Below, one piece after another: positions 41,301 to 53,627 of a stretch of DNA of 64,000 nucleotides. The notes beneath the pieces are model-generated. The model did no database searches, was not told the origin of the DNA, and saw only the letters and a list, made by a program, of their open reading frames with translations. Every line of letters begins with the position of its first letter. Positions within the stretch are counted from its first letter, which is position 1. The DNA lies in the NCBI RefSeq assembly GCF_964355755.1, contig NC_092670.1:11580795-11644794 (forward strand), written 5' to 3'. This DNA is from Antedon mediterranea (Eukaryota > Animalia > Echinodermata). Both the position numbers and the translations under genes were made by a program.

Positions 41301-41888
41301 CATTACTGGCATATTGGTATTGCCAAAGTATTTTTTTTTTTAAATTAAAGTTATTTATCAAATAAATTATTTTCAAAGTCTATGAATATCTAAACATTTC
41401 AATTCAACTTTACTCAAAAAATATGTGTTTACAAACAGTATAAACAATCGTTATATCATTTGCATTAAATCCAATTATTGTAATTATTATACACAGTATA
41501 AACAAATAATGTATACAATGTAAATAAACAGCCTACTTAGGTCAATATGGTATTGTAATTTAGTAGGTAAAAGTTCATCCATATTTTATTACAGTAAATA
41601 ATATAAAACCTGAGTGTCAAAAATAATAATACAGTATATCTGCATAAATATCTTCTGAAACTTATTACTACTACTTACAGTAATTTGTTTTCTTACCTTG
41701 AATAATATCAAAACTTTATATCCACATCCCATTCAGTTTCCCCACCACCACTGCCAGACAGAGAAGGATTGGGAATTAAGAGAGGGAGGGGAAAAAAGAG
41801 AGAGTGGCCTCTAGTAGTAGGCCTACCTACCTTCCGTTTTTTTGGGGAGTGGAGTTTAATATTTTAACTTAATTTACAAACTCACCAT
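31266..41888 (-). CDS. RAB32: Ras-related protein Rab-32/38 family GTPase (6 coding exons)
   Basis: Exons 41886-41888 (ATG), 37687-37812, 35053-35131, 34050-34231, 31816-31959, 31266-31376, all GT-AG and phase-compatible. Protein has GDLGVGKT, IGVDFALK, WDIAGQERFGNMTRVYY (Rab32/38 signature), NKCD, ETSAK and C-terminal SCC. The ATG-only exon is the least certain. Confidence 0.93.
32311..33537 (+). mobile_element. HINE/DINE-1-like non-autonomous Helentron, copy 1 (Rab32 intron)
   Basis: 5' subTIR GGTTATCCGCA with adjacent inverted GCGGATAACC, then a T-rich tract. 3' TGCGGATAACC, hairpin AACTCGTC-CGTAGT-GACGAGTT and CTAGT end. Confidence 0.82.
35325..37625. repeat. 59-bp minisatellite, about 39 copies, in Rab32 intron
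   Basis: Unit TACTGTACTGTACGTTATTGGGTTGCGTCCTAGTGGGAACCAATCTTTAATAGGGGTTC, highly homogeneous. Confidence 0.95.
37927..38133. mobile_element. hAT-like MITE (207 bp)
   Basis: CAGTGG...CCACTG ends with 8-bp TSD TGTATAAA (37919-37926, 38134-38141). Confidence 0.78.
39272..40478 (+). mobile_element. HINE/DINE-1-like non-autonomous Helentron, copy 2
   Basis: Colinear, moderately diverged copy of 32311-33537 with the same subTIRs, hairpin and CTAGT end. Confidence 0.82.
41697..41750 (-). CDS. Candidate alternative Rab32 exon encoding N-terminus MGCGYKVLILFK
   Basis: Long pyrimidine tract plus CAG acceptor (41751-41800), ATG at 41730-41732, AAG/GTAAG donor (41692-41696), phase 0 to exon 2. Confidence 0.4.
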
Positions 41889-42431
41889 GGCTTATTCTAT
41901 TTGTCCGTCCGTATCTGTTTTATCTTTTTTTATTTAATGCGTAAACCTATGTCGGAAACTGAAACTAACCATTGACCTAGGCTGTAAAAAAGACTCTGTT
42001 TTGTATTATTTTATCATGTGATTTAAAGAGCGATCATGGTACTTTTGCAGCGGAAGTTTGTTTATATACAAGAGGCTCCTTCAGAGTCAACTACTTAGTT
42101 ATAATTTAAAATCGCCATATTTTTTTAAAAAGAGCAAAACTATAATAAAATAAATATATAAATTTGCTATTTATTATTTTTGTATTCAATATAATACATT
42201 ATAGTATATTATTTAAAAAATATAATGTTATTAACTATTACTTTACAAAGGTTAAAGGTTTACAAAAATTCGATAACTTCTTCACATACAGAGCATGGCC
42301 GGCTTTGTCCTCTTTGGCTCAAGAGGGCGCCAAATGGGTATTGTTTTTGTTTGTTTCCTATTCACATTCTCTATACGCTAAGAAGAGAAACCATTTCGGT
42401 CTTTTTTATAAAACGACGGAAGAATCGAGAT
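41889..42431. promoter_or_regulatory. Bidirectional promoter region between Rab32 and HACD
   Basis: Head-to-head start codons separated by 543 bp. ETS-like GCGGAAGT near 42050 and TCGCCAT near 42112. Confidence 0.6.
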
Positions 42432-45400
42432 ATGGCCTCTGAAAATTCCAGCACCAAGAAAGGATTGTCAGGAGTTGCTACAGCGTACCTTGTATTGTAC
42501 AACGTAATTCTTTGTGCAGGGTGGGTATTTCAAAATAATTATTAGAGCTAGCAAGCTAGGCTTCTTATAATTAATAAGCTAGCCTACCCTCCTGACTGAG
42601 TCCTAGCTAGCCTAGGCCTCTAGACTAGCCTAGGCCTAGAGTCTAGAGATACAGAGAGACTGACTGAGTGGCTGGAAGGGTGAAAGAAGGTTAGCCAGGG
42701 CCTAGGCTCGGCTAGCTAGCTAGTTAGGCCTAGTAGTAATAAGGTAGGCCTAGCCTCTCTATAGAATAGGCCTCTACTAGCTATAGGCCTCTACTCTAGT
42801 CTGATTATTTAGTCTAGATGGGAGCCAGTGGTGGAGTGGTGGAATTATTATGATGGAGCTGTAGATAGGCGATTCCGGACCATTTTATTGTAGGCCTAGA
42901 TGTAGGTATGGGAACCGAGTGAGAAACTATACATTTTCATAGAAGATCCTATGCTATAATAAAAATATTAATAAAATAAAATATAAGAAAATTATAAATG
43001 ACATCAGACTCTCTCAGACAATATGCTATACTATTACTAATAGTAATACTAGTATACTATACAATACAATACAAAAAAACATAGAATAGAGTAGAGGTCG
43101 CTTTCTTTAGGCTGCAGAATTTATACCTTGCTTTGGTTTTCAAGACTTATGATTAATATACATTATTGAAATGGTTTTTTTTCATCTAATTCTAAGCAAT
43201 CGGGAGAAATTTCACCTTAGTGTAAAGAGGATGACTCAAAATATTGAGAAACTCCTGTGATTTTATCATAAGGCCAAATAAGCAAATCAACAAATTCATT
43301 GACATCGTTTCTATTTGGTCAACTAGCTATCGACTGTGTGCAGCATGGACCATGGTGGACCATGCTAATAGAAACTTTTCATTAGACACACAGTCAACTA
43401 GCTATGCTGATTGAAAATAATAAATTGCCATTTGGACAGTTGAAATTTTAAAATTAAGATACTATATTACTAAAATTACTTTGAATAAATGAAGCGATCC
43501 TAATATGAATATTGTTTTGCATAGATGGGCAAGTGTTGGTGTTATTGGAATAAAGCATTATATGTCTACTAAAAGTTTTCTTGGTGCATATGATGCTTTT
43601 GAGTTGCCACTGAAGGTGTTTCAGACTGCTGCTTTACTTGAGGTATAGTTTTAAAGTGCAACAGACAATTAATCTTAATCTTAATCTCAAACCAAACATG
43701 TGTATGCTCACAGACCACACACTGGTACAAACTCACAGACCACACAACATTACATGGCTCAAAAACCACACACTGCGTGGTTGGCATACAGTACATGCTG
43801 TCAAACAACACACCGGTACATGCTCACAAACCACACACTCGTACATGCTCACAAACCACACTGGTAAATTTTCACAAACCACACTATGCATAATCTCAAT
43901 GCGAATGTGCTTAGTTTAGATGTAAGAATGCTATTTTTTATTTAGCTTGCAACTACACTGAACACCTTAGTACATCTTTTTTTTCAGGTTTTCCATGCAG
44001 CGATTGGTATTGTTTCATCAAATATTGTATTAACAGCTTTTCAAGTCATGTCAAGATTGATGCTATTATGGCCAGTGACACACAGTGTACCTCAGGTATG
44101 TTATTCTCTAGTATCAATGACTTGCAATGTCATCTTGAAAATTAATGTCATATATATTACATTACTACTCATAACATGTAGAGTATCAGTGTTTCTTGAT
44201 TTATGACTAGCTAAGCAGTGTTTGATTACCAATTTCCAGGTCAGTCATATTATAAGCTAATTCCAGTAAGATAGGTGGTCTTTAAATAAAATATAAAATT
44301 CCAATAAGATAGGTGGTCTTTGTTGTATGTATTGGATATTTAAATTCCTTTTCCAATAAATAAATTTATTTAAAAAACTAAATAAATTTCTAATATCGTC
44401 ATAAAAAAAAATCACTAATCACAACAATTTTGTGTGGAAAAACAATAAACAAACAAAACATTTCTTTTCCATGATGTTCGATTTTTATGCCATCCTCATA
44501 GGTTCAAGATGAAGCAAGTGTCACCATGTTTGTAGTTGCCTGGACAACCACCGAGGTGATTCGTTATGCATTTTACACGTTTGGTCTTTTAAATCGTCTA
44601 CCCTACCTATTGACGTGGTGTCGCTATACTTTTTTCATCATTCTATACCCAATTGGCGTTTGTGTAAGTATTGTTCGTTAAATTTGTTTAAATCGTTTTA
44701 AGCACATTACAGTAGAAAGGGGACACCTTTGTGACCAAACAGTGTCCCCTTAATAGCAGTATTTCTTGAAAAGAGTTGACCTACGTGTATAGTGGATTCT
44801 GGGTTCATGTCCTGTCAGGTTTTTTTTCTAATGATAATGACAAATTATAACTCCTCTCCCAAGACTTGTATTAAGACTTCGTTTATGTAGAGCATCTTGT
44901 GTATATGTTTGTCTTGTGGTTGGGATTGTCACCTTTAAGAAGGATAGTGAATGAATTAGCTTAGGGTTATCCTTGGCAATTTGTCACCTAAATATATAAA
45001 AACAAATAGTGTTGTGTAACATATATTTCCCCTTGTTGGTTTCACTGGAAAGTGTCCCCTTGATAGGAGTATCCTGAATATACTGTAGGTATCCAAAGGT
45101 AAAGCTTGTACTGTATCTGTAAGCCCATCTACCCTGTTCAAGGTAGACTTGTACAATGTGGTTTACCTTACCAATGGGCTTATAATTGAGACCACAGTTC
45201 AGTGTGTCAGTTCATGTCAATTTGGGTAATAAAGGTAAATAGAAATCATCAAGGTCGCAGTGACCTCTAAAATTCAATGTGAGTAATAATCATTAAGCGG
45301 AAGTTTGCCACTGTATACATCTATGCATAGATTTATTGATTTTAATCAGTGATAAAAATCAACTATGTCAATCAATAACTCAGGTTATTCAAATATACTG

Positions 45401-46813
45401 TACTACTAAATATGGTCATGGTCAACATCTCAATGCTGGACATCCTTAGAATGGTTGTCCAGAAGTGTGGTTTTCTAGAAATTCTGGCATTATGAATGTG
45501 TTTTTAATGATAAAAAGAATTTGGGGCCTTTCGGACCTCAAGACTTGGTATTGGGAGAGTTTTCCAGCTTTTCAGAATCCGGTAAATTGAAAGAGTCAGT
45601 TTTTTTTATGATATCGACAATTGAATTAATTGCAAAAGTTTATGTTAAAGGTATATTGTATTGTCTAACTAAACATTTTGTTGTTGAATATGCCATTTTA
45701 ATGCCACGTAATAGTTATTCACTTTGACCAAAAAATGGATAAAAAAAATGATTTAACTAAAAAAAATGTTATTTAAAGCAAAAAATACTTAAATTGTTTT
45801 TGGTTAAAATTAACCGTTTCGTTTGTCTTTAATTTATTGTTTATTTTACAGAAGTGAATAACTTTATTAAAACTGCAAAATGGCTTATTTAAAGTCTGTT
45901 TTTAATAATCTTCATTTTTAATGTTTTTGGGAGGACAATACATCTTTAATAACTTTTAGAATAGAATTCAATTTTGCATAAAATATTTAAAGAAATGTTG
46001 CTATGTATGTTCTGAGAATTCCAAATGAATCCTAAATTTTGAGAATGCCTAATTATCAGCTCTTGGTGAATGAACTCATAGAATAATGATATAAATAAAT
46101 CTATTACATTTAGTTTTTGTATACAATTTTATACAGGAAATAGAAGACAGTAATTCATTTATTTCAAATTGTGTTTGACAGGGTGAATTATTGACAATAT
46201 ATGCTGCATTACCAATTGTAAAAAGGAATGGTTTGTACTCAATAATGCTGCCGAATCAATTCAACATATCGTTTAATTTCTACTATGCTCTCATCTTTTT
46301 AATGGTGATGTATTTACCTGGTAAGTAAAGTTGTTTATTTTTTAATTAGATGCATAAATATGTTATTACATTATTTTTAGTATTGCAATGCATTTTAATA
46401 GTAGTTGTGATTTTGTAAATTTACTATTGGTTCTGTTTTGGATCATACACAGTCTTTTTTGAACAAATGACAAATTTCCTAAATAGCATTCCACACATTT
46501 ATGAATGGCTTGGTGTTGAAATAGTATTATGTCACTATATTAAATTCTTACTGTAGTTGATGCAGTAATGTTAACAAACTTTCTGCAACATACAGAATAG
46601 TTATTGTATGCATTATAGTTACTGCATAGATTTTCTTTTACAATAATTTTGCGATTGTTTCCTAAGCATATCAGAAAATTGTTTTTGCTTTGATTATTAT
46701 TTTCACACTTAATGGAACGATTATTTCTTTTAGTTTTTCCTCGATTATATTCACACATGATCAGACAGAGAAAGAAGGTGATTGGTGGAATTCAAAGAAG
46801 TAAACAGGATTGA
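42432..46813 (+). CDS. HACD2: Very-long-chain (3R)-3-hydroxyacyl-CoA dehydratase (HACD1/2, PTPLA/B family), 6 exons
   Basis: Exons 42432-42520, 43525-43642, 43988-44095, 44502-44663, 46182-46320, 46734-46813, GT-AG and in phase. Motifs [51 protein letters not shown] (catalytic Tyr/Glu) and [12 protein letters not shown]1 vs HACD2 is not resolvable by eye. Confidence 0.92.
43695..43890. repeat. Degenerate roughly 25-bp tandem repeat in HACD intron 2
   Basis: Recurrent ACATGCTCACAAACCACACACTGGT-like units. Confidence 0.7.
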
Positions 46814-49800
46814 GGAGAGGTGTTCAGAGCTAGGCTTGACTTTTAATGATTCAATTTGTGTGCTTATATTAAGCTGTAGTGATCAGTATTACTATAAGAG
46901 TATAATTTGTTTTGTAATTGAAACTGAAGAGTGCATTGATTGACAGTTAAAGAGTCTGTGCAGGATTATATTTACTTGGTGTGTGGTTCCAGCGACACAG
47001 TTGTCGGTAAAGTTCCATTCCCTAGGTTTTTAGATCTAATTTAAGGTCAAAAAATTACAATTAATGTAAACATGATCCTATTGCGATAACTGTTTTCATC
47101 TTTAAACTGTTAAAAATGTGAAAAATAATTATTATAATTTAAGCGGCCCGCTATAAATCCCAACATTCATTGTGTGCAGATTGATATTTTTGTTTTTCCT
47201 CTGTGATTCACTTTGATCAATCATGAAGGCCAAAACAATTTGATTAACTTTTCAGCGGAAATACAAGGGTTTTCCAAATTTGTATTAATGGATTCTGGTA
47301 AAAACAGAAAGACAATTAATTTGGCAACTAGACAACATCAGGCTAGGCCTATAGCTAACGTAGTGCATTGTTTCTCTATTTTTTTCATAATTTACCATAA
47401 AACATAAGTTAAGGAACCTTATGGTTTAATGTTTCTGAAGCAATATAATATGCATTATTTTTACAAAACGTCTAAAAATATAGAAAATATGGCTCTAACT
47501 GTTGTGGGTAGGTCTGAGCTTACCCAGATAAATAACTTGCCCGAACAGCACCTAGATCCTAGGTAACTTTATTTGCAAAATAATACCGTGTTCATGTCTG
47601 GCGAATTCAACAATTAATCTTTATACCCTGTACACAGTATCACTCAACACAATCTATGCACTACATTAGGTCTGGAAATATATTATTTTTTTATGACAAA
47701 CATCATACTGTAATTGATTTTATCATTAATTTTGTAATTACTTTATATAAAAAGTTATACTAAGTATTATAGTAATGACAATTGGCTAAAAAGAACATTA
47801 GGGTGTTTGCTGTGAATTTTAAACAGAACGTTGATTTTATTTTGTTGATAGATATTAATCTATGAGTTTGATGTGAGCCTCACCTTCAACCAATGCACAC
47901 AAATGTCATGATGTCCATTTATCAGTAATCAATACTTTTTGTGTATGAAATCATGAATTTTGTAGAAATTAAATTAAAAGTAAAAATCAATTTTGCTTTA
48001 TTAAAGTCCAAACTTTTAACATCACATTGGGAGTTGGTTTGTCTTCATGTTGTTTATAGGCCTACTAGACTTATCTAGGTTCTAGACCGAAATTAGTAAA
48101 ACGATAATTATTTTGGCACATACAGACTTGGGGCAAGGCTACCTTCAGCTCTATGGACCAACCTCATAAAATATTGTTGAAATAAATAAAATCTATATAA
48201 TTATACAAAAACTTAAATTAAGTAAACATAGAATATTCATAAACAATAATTTGGGAGAATAATACAATGATCCACTTTATTATAACACAATATTCATACT
48301 TTTTTCAACATATTATTAACAGTACTGTCTAGTTTTGATGACATGAATTAAGTTTGTAAGTAGAATGTTCAATACTATCAAAAAGTGATAGTGCAAGAGC
48401 CTTAGGTTTATATATAGAGGCTTACTATGGAAATGATACAGATTAGCAATATTAACACTATAGTTATTTTTAAAAACTATCTGGTACCAAACAAAGCATT
48501 AAAACGTAAAGCAACAGATCTGAATTAGTGTGAAGATTATGAAATTGGGGTAAATGCAGAAGCTATCACAATGTATATTTGTAATCATATTCAGGGTTTT
48601 CATGTTTACACACCCGCATTGTGAAAGTTATATGGTAAGTTCTTAAATTGGGGTCAATGCCGAAGCTATCACAATGCATGTTGATACTACTACCTATCGC
48701 TTTTAATCTTAATCATACTATTCAAAGCCTGTTTTCCACTAGGCGAATCAAAACCATCAGCTTATACGCATGCCTATTTATGTTTCCATCTTTCAAATCC
48801 CTCTCTACAACAAATTCTAGTTCCTTGAGTGTTTCACTTCAGCAAAATTAGTAGTTTAAATAGTTTCTACTTTTTGTAAAGCGAAAAATTGCGTAAAAAT
48901 TAAAAGCTTATAAAATAACCACTCATGCAAACGCGATGGAAATGAAAATCGCAGATATACGCTCTTAGAGTGAAAATCAATTGTTTTTTTTTAGTAAATG
49001 TTAGATTTGCGCAAACAAATTCACCCAGTGTAAACCAGGCTTTTAGGCAACATTGGAAGCATCTGGCGCATGCATATCCATTTTTAATACAGTACATTTT
49101 ATGAAACAGGTTGTGCAACCAACCAAATCTCAGGAAATTAAATAAAACTTATGCAAATAAGCAAAATGCGATCAAAATTAAAGTTACAGCTCTTCAGTTT
49201 TGTAGTTAAACTATGGTGAAAAACAATAAAAATCGTCATAGTCATAGTAAATTTGTCTACAGTGAAAACAGGCTTAAAGAGCGACGATTGTATCAAAATA
49301 TATTATATACTGAATGATTTGTGAGCTAAATGATATCTTTTCACACATATAAATACATCGATTAACAACCTATACGATAATCAATTCTCTCTCAACTGAC
49401 ATATTCCATGTATAATTTGAATAGAATATTGACAAATGTGAAATATATAGGAATAGTTCAAACTATGCTGAGACATAACATTCACTTATAACATGTATAA
49501 TTTAAATAGTTTAATAGGATACATTTATTGGTAAGGAGAAGATTTTAGGAATGACGCTATTTTGAATTTACATACAGAATTAAGTACACTTTTTGTTAAT
49601 AAACCAACAATAATACAGCAAGAAGCAATAATTATATATTTATATATAATGCTGTACTTATACTTACTTCCTAGCACACATAACGATTTTCATTTTAATT
49701 CTAACATTGCTTTTTTAATTCCTTTTTATAGCACACATTTTCATCATTTATTAATTCTGTACATTTTTGCAAAACTAATTTCTTACATTACAATATAATA

Positions 49801-50584
49801 CTACTGTAATAAGGCAATACAAATTCCATATTTGGAAATCTGAAATTGAATTCTTATAATTGTATTGCGTCCACCACGAATAGTGGCATAAAGGTATGAC
49901 ACCAGGCATGTGATTTACAAGAGATGGGGTCAAATCTTTGTTACAACATATACTATTATTGCATTACTATTTTCAATAATTGCACATAATTTATTTACTA
50001 GAAAATTATAAATTCTCAACAATTACACCTTAATCACTAATCAGTAGTCCTTACAAAACATAATACGATTATTGTTAAGATTCTACAATACTAAAACTAC
50101 AAAACAATTGTAAAACATGTACTAAAACACTTAATATAAATTCATGTTTTACAATGTGTAAATGTAAAATATTAATATTTTATGTAAAATAAATAAATTC
50201 CTTGATAAAGCTAGATATTTGTGAATTATACAATTTATTGGAAAAAGCAATTTTATGATTTATAATGAATGAAAGCTATATATATTGTATATTTATACTA
50301 TAAAAAGCCGCCTATTGAGCGACACAGTTCACCAATTGATACTTTAACACTATAGTTATACTGTAACATAATAAATTATTATATTAAATCATAAATCATA
50401 CTTTACACAATTCCCATTCATTTCATTGCACAAAAGCTCAACTATTTGACAAATATTGCTTTATTAACTACACACCATTTACATATTATTACTTTAATAT
50501 ACCAGAATATTGTTAGTGCTATTAAGATAAATGTATATCTATTTAGAGGAAAGTGCTACAAGTGATGCTATTGCTAGTATTTAG

Positions 50585-50790
50585 TATCCAGGATTATCCT
50601 GCAGTGTATATAATTCAGTAGTCTCTGAAATTCCCCATGGGGTTTTCAGAATTCTGTAGTGTCCAAGATTCCCATGGAGTCTGCAGAAGTCTAGTCTCCA
50701 AGATTCACCTGGAGTCTGCAGAATTCTATAGTCTCCAAGATTTCCCTGGGTCTGCAGAATTCTATAGTCTCAAAGTAAATCCTGGAGTTT
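50585..50790. repeat. Degenerate roughly 35-bp tandem repeat
   Basis: Recurrent GTCTGCAGAATTCTATAGTCTCCAAGATT units. Confidence 0.65.
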
Positions 50791-53437
50791 GCATATGTCA
50801 CATGCCATATACAGTATGGTGACTATTCAATACTAAATAACACAGATTTGACAAACCATCACACTCCTTATTTCTATACAAGAGTGTTACTGACACAGCT
50901 GAGGTATTGGAATCTAATATAATATGAACTGGGTTATTACTACAGTATTAAATATAACATTTTAAAATGCTAAAAACAAACTATCTACTATCTACCACAC
51001 AACCTAACCTATAAATAGACTGGACTTATTCCACACTACAATATACAGAATACTGTAATACAATGGCATATCTAGACAAGGAAAACTTTATGTGGAGAAA
51101 AAGAAGGGTGTTTTGGGTGGAAGTGTGCTAAAGTATGTGGTGCCCCTTAGACAGGCACATGTTATTTCAGAACATATTAAAGCAGATATTTATACTAATA
51201 CAGTAAATACATGTTACCAAACAATTTGTACCAAAAATACCATTTAATTTATTATATAATATAATATATATTTAATTGTGACTGGAAAGTTTTATGTATT
51301 ACTATGTTTAATCAAAATTGTGTATTTTAAATGTTGAATTTGGTTTTAGTCTTTTAACTACTGTAACTAAAAGTTGGTTAATATAGTAGGTTGCACCCTT
51401 TATTGTTAGGTATTCCAAGTGAACTTAATTTGCATATTTCTCCATGTGTTGCATCCTGTACAATGGCCTTGGTTGTTGTACTCACTAGCAGTGAAGCAGT
51501 CAAGAACATAAGGCCATGTTTTAAATGTTTGCTTCTGCTGTATACTAGTTGGCCTGTACAAATCTTTGTAGTTTTGTTACCACTGTATTATACTTAAAGT
51601 TTGAATATATCTAAAGTTTACCTGTGAGATAGTTACGGCTCAATTATTAATGTATTTGTGAATAGGCCTGTCTTTTACCTGTTTACTTGTGGATACAGTA
51701 TATTTTTGTACCAGTGTGAACATTTGGATCTACAATGCGTTTGTATTCATCAATTGACTGTATTCATGGTTAAAGTTTTCCTGTGAATATGTTGGAATTA
51801 CTATTTTGCTTTTGAATATACTTGGATTTATTTAATAATAAGTATTATTTATCATTAAATAAACGTAAGTATCTTTATGTTATACTTATTACAATTTTAA
51901 ATTAAGCTATACATATTTATTTTACAATCGTTTTGTAGACATCCATGTGCAACTTTACAATAGATATAATAAGCTCAGCATAATATTGCAATCGCACATT
52001 GTATTCTAGGCCTCATTCAAAGACATTGAACATATATTAAACGATGCTATAGTAACAAATGGCATTACAAGACTTTATACAGTACAGGTGTTGGCCAGAT
52101 GGTAATTTACAAATAATCCTGCAGGCCAGATATAGAGCATAAAGGGACCATGGGGGTGAAGCCCTGGATCATCAATTACGGGCCACCTGTTGAGAATCCG
52201 ATATAATTCTTACAGTACACACATACAGCTTTCTTATCAACGTAGCACATTTTTTACGAGCATTTTCAAACTTTACAGCAGATTCACTCACAGACAATGA
52301 ACACATCATAGTGTGTTTTTAGTAACATAGCATTATTACAATACTGATCGATATACAGAATGTTAAATTTTAACAGCAAGAAACACAGTGTAGGATACAA
52401 AGTTAACGCCCACAAATGTGCATAATAATTATTATTTTTAGCAACAAAATCCTATCACAATATAAGATGCATATCTACATAAGAAGAAATACCTGGTTAA
52501 AATACTTAGCTGGGATTTATAGCACTTAAGATATATATTTTTGGAATGTTAATGCGATCAATAAATATATTAAATTCATTTGTATTACACACTGATAATA
52601 ATAATTCTTTAATTTAAAACCTTAGATCTACTACATTGGAATGAAGACAAGACATATATTATTTTAGAATTTCTTAAACATACCATCAATATGCTACAAA
52701 CAAGTTTAACCAAACCTCATTAAATACAATATAATTATTAAATCACCTTAAATTATATGCACATCACAATGTAATTAGATGGGGTTTACAGCACTATGGT
52801 AAATATACTATCTAATATACAGTACATATACATATTTATAACATTCAAACTGTCATAGGCACACATATTAGAGCACTCCAACACACATGGCAGGGATAAG
52901 AAGAATCTGTCCATTATCGCAACAAAGTGATATTACTTGTTACGATATCTGATAGAATAAGCACTCAGTAGCATACAATAACTAAAGATCTTAGGTGTGA
53001 TTTTTGTAATTAATATGGAGGTATAGGAGAAATTCTACTCAATAGTAGAAGTACAGCGAGACTACTCCCTAAGCTGCTTTAGGGAACCAGTGCACGGGCA
53101 GCCTCAATGCAACTACCGAGCATTAAAGAGGGTCCCCTTAGCGCTAAACCAGGGGCCTATGCCCTGCATTATGCCACTGGATTTGATCTCAGACAGATAT
53201 AAAGATAAGTGTGTATGTGCGAAGGTGGTATAAATTACTCTCAAGGCATACTGTACAAGTATGCCACATATTAATGGGGAACATATATTTAATTTAAGTA
53301 TGTTTGAGATTAATATAACCTTTTTCATAATATATAATAAATTAACAAATTCAATCTATTATTCCATATATGCTACATATTCCTCTGTGACTGCCACAGA
53401 TATTGTAAATAAATATATACAGTATGTCAAGATTCCC

Positions 53438-53627
53438 TTAAAATGCTTTCTTTTCTTGATATTCATAATTATCGTCAAAGTTGTTTCCTTCCATGACCGA
53501 AGACTGATGATAGCGCCCTCTGTTGGCAAAATCTTCATTATCTTCGGTTAGTTGTTCGGTGTATGATGTCCCTGGTGTGAAGGATTGCCCACTTACTATC
53601 ATCTGTTCTTGGGAAGATACATCTTTC
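53438..53627 (-). CDS. SLC12A8: SLC12A8 distal alternative last exon
   Basis: TAG acceptor 53628-53630, phase 2. Encodes (R)KDVSSQEQMIVSG...QLTEDNEDFANRGRYHQSSVMEGNNFDDNYEYQEKKAF-stop. Confidence 0.75.

Noticed and set aside
48722-49278. AAAGCCTGTTTTCCACTA ... AGTGAAAACAGGCTT possible MITE
   Set aside because: TIRs are degenerate with two alternative right ends and no clear TSD.
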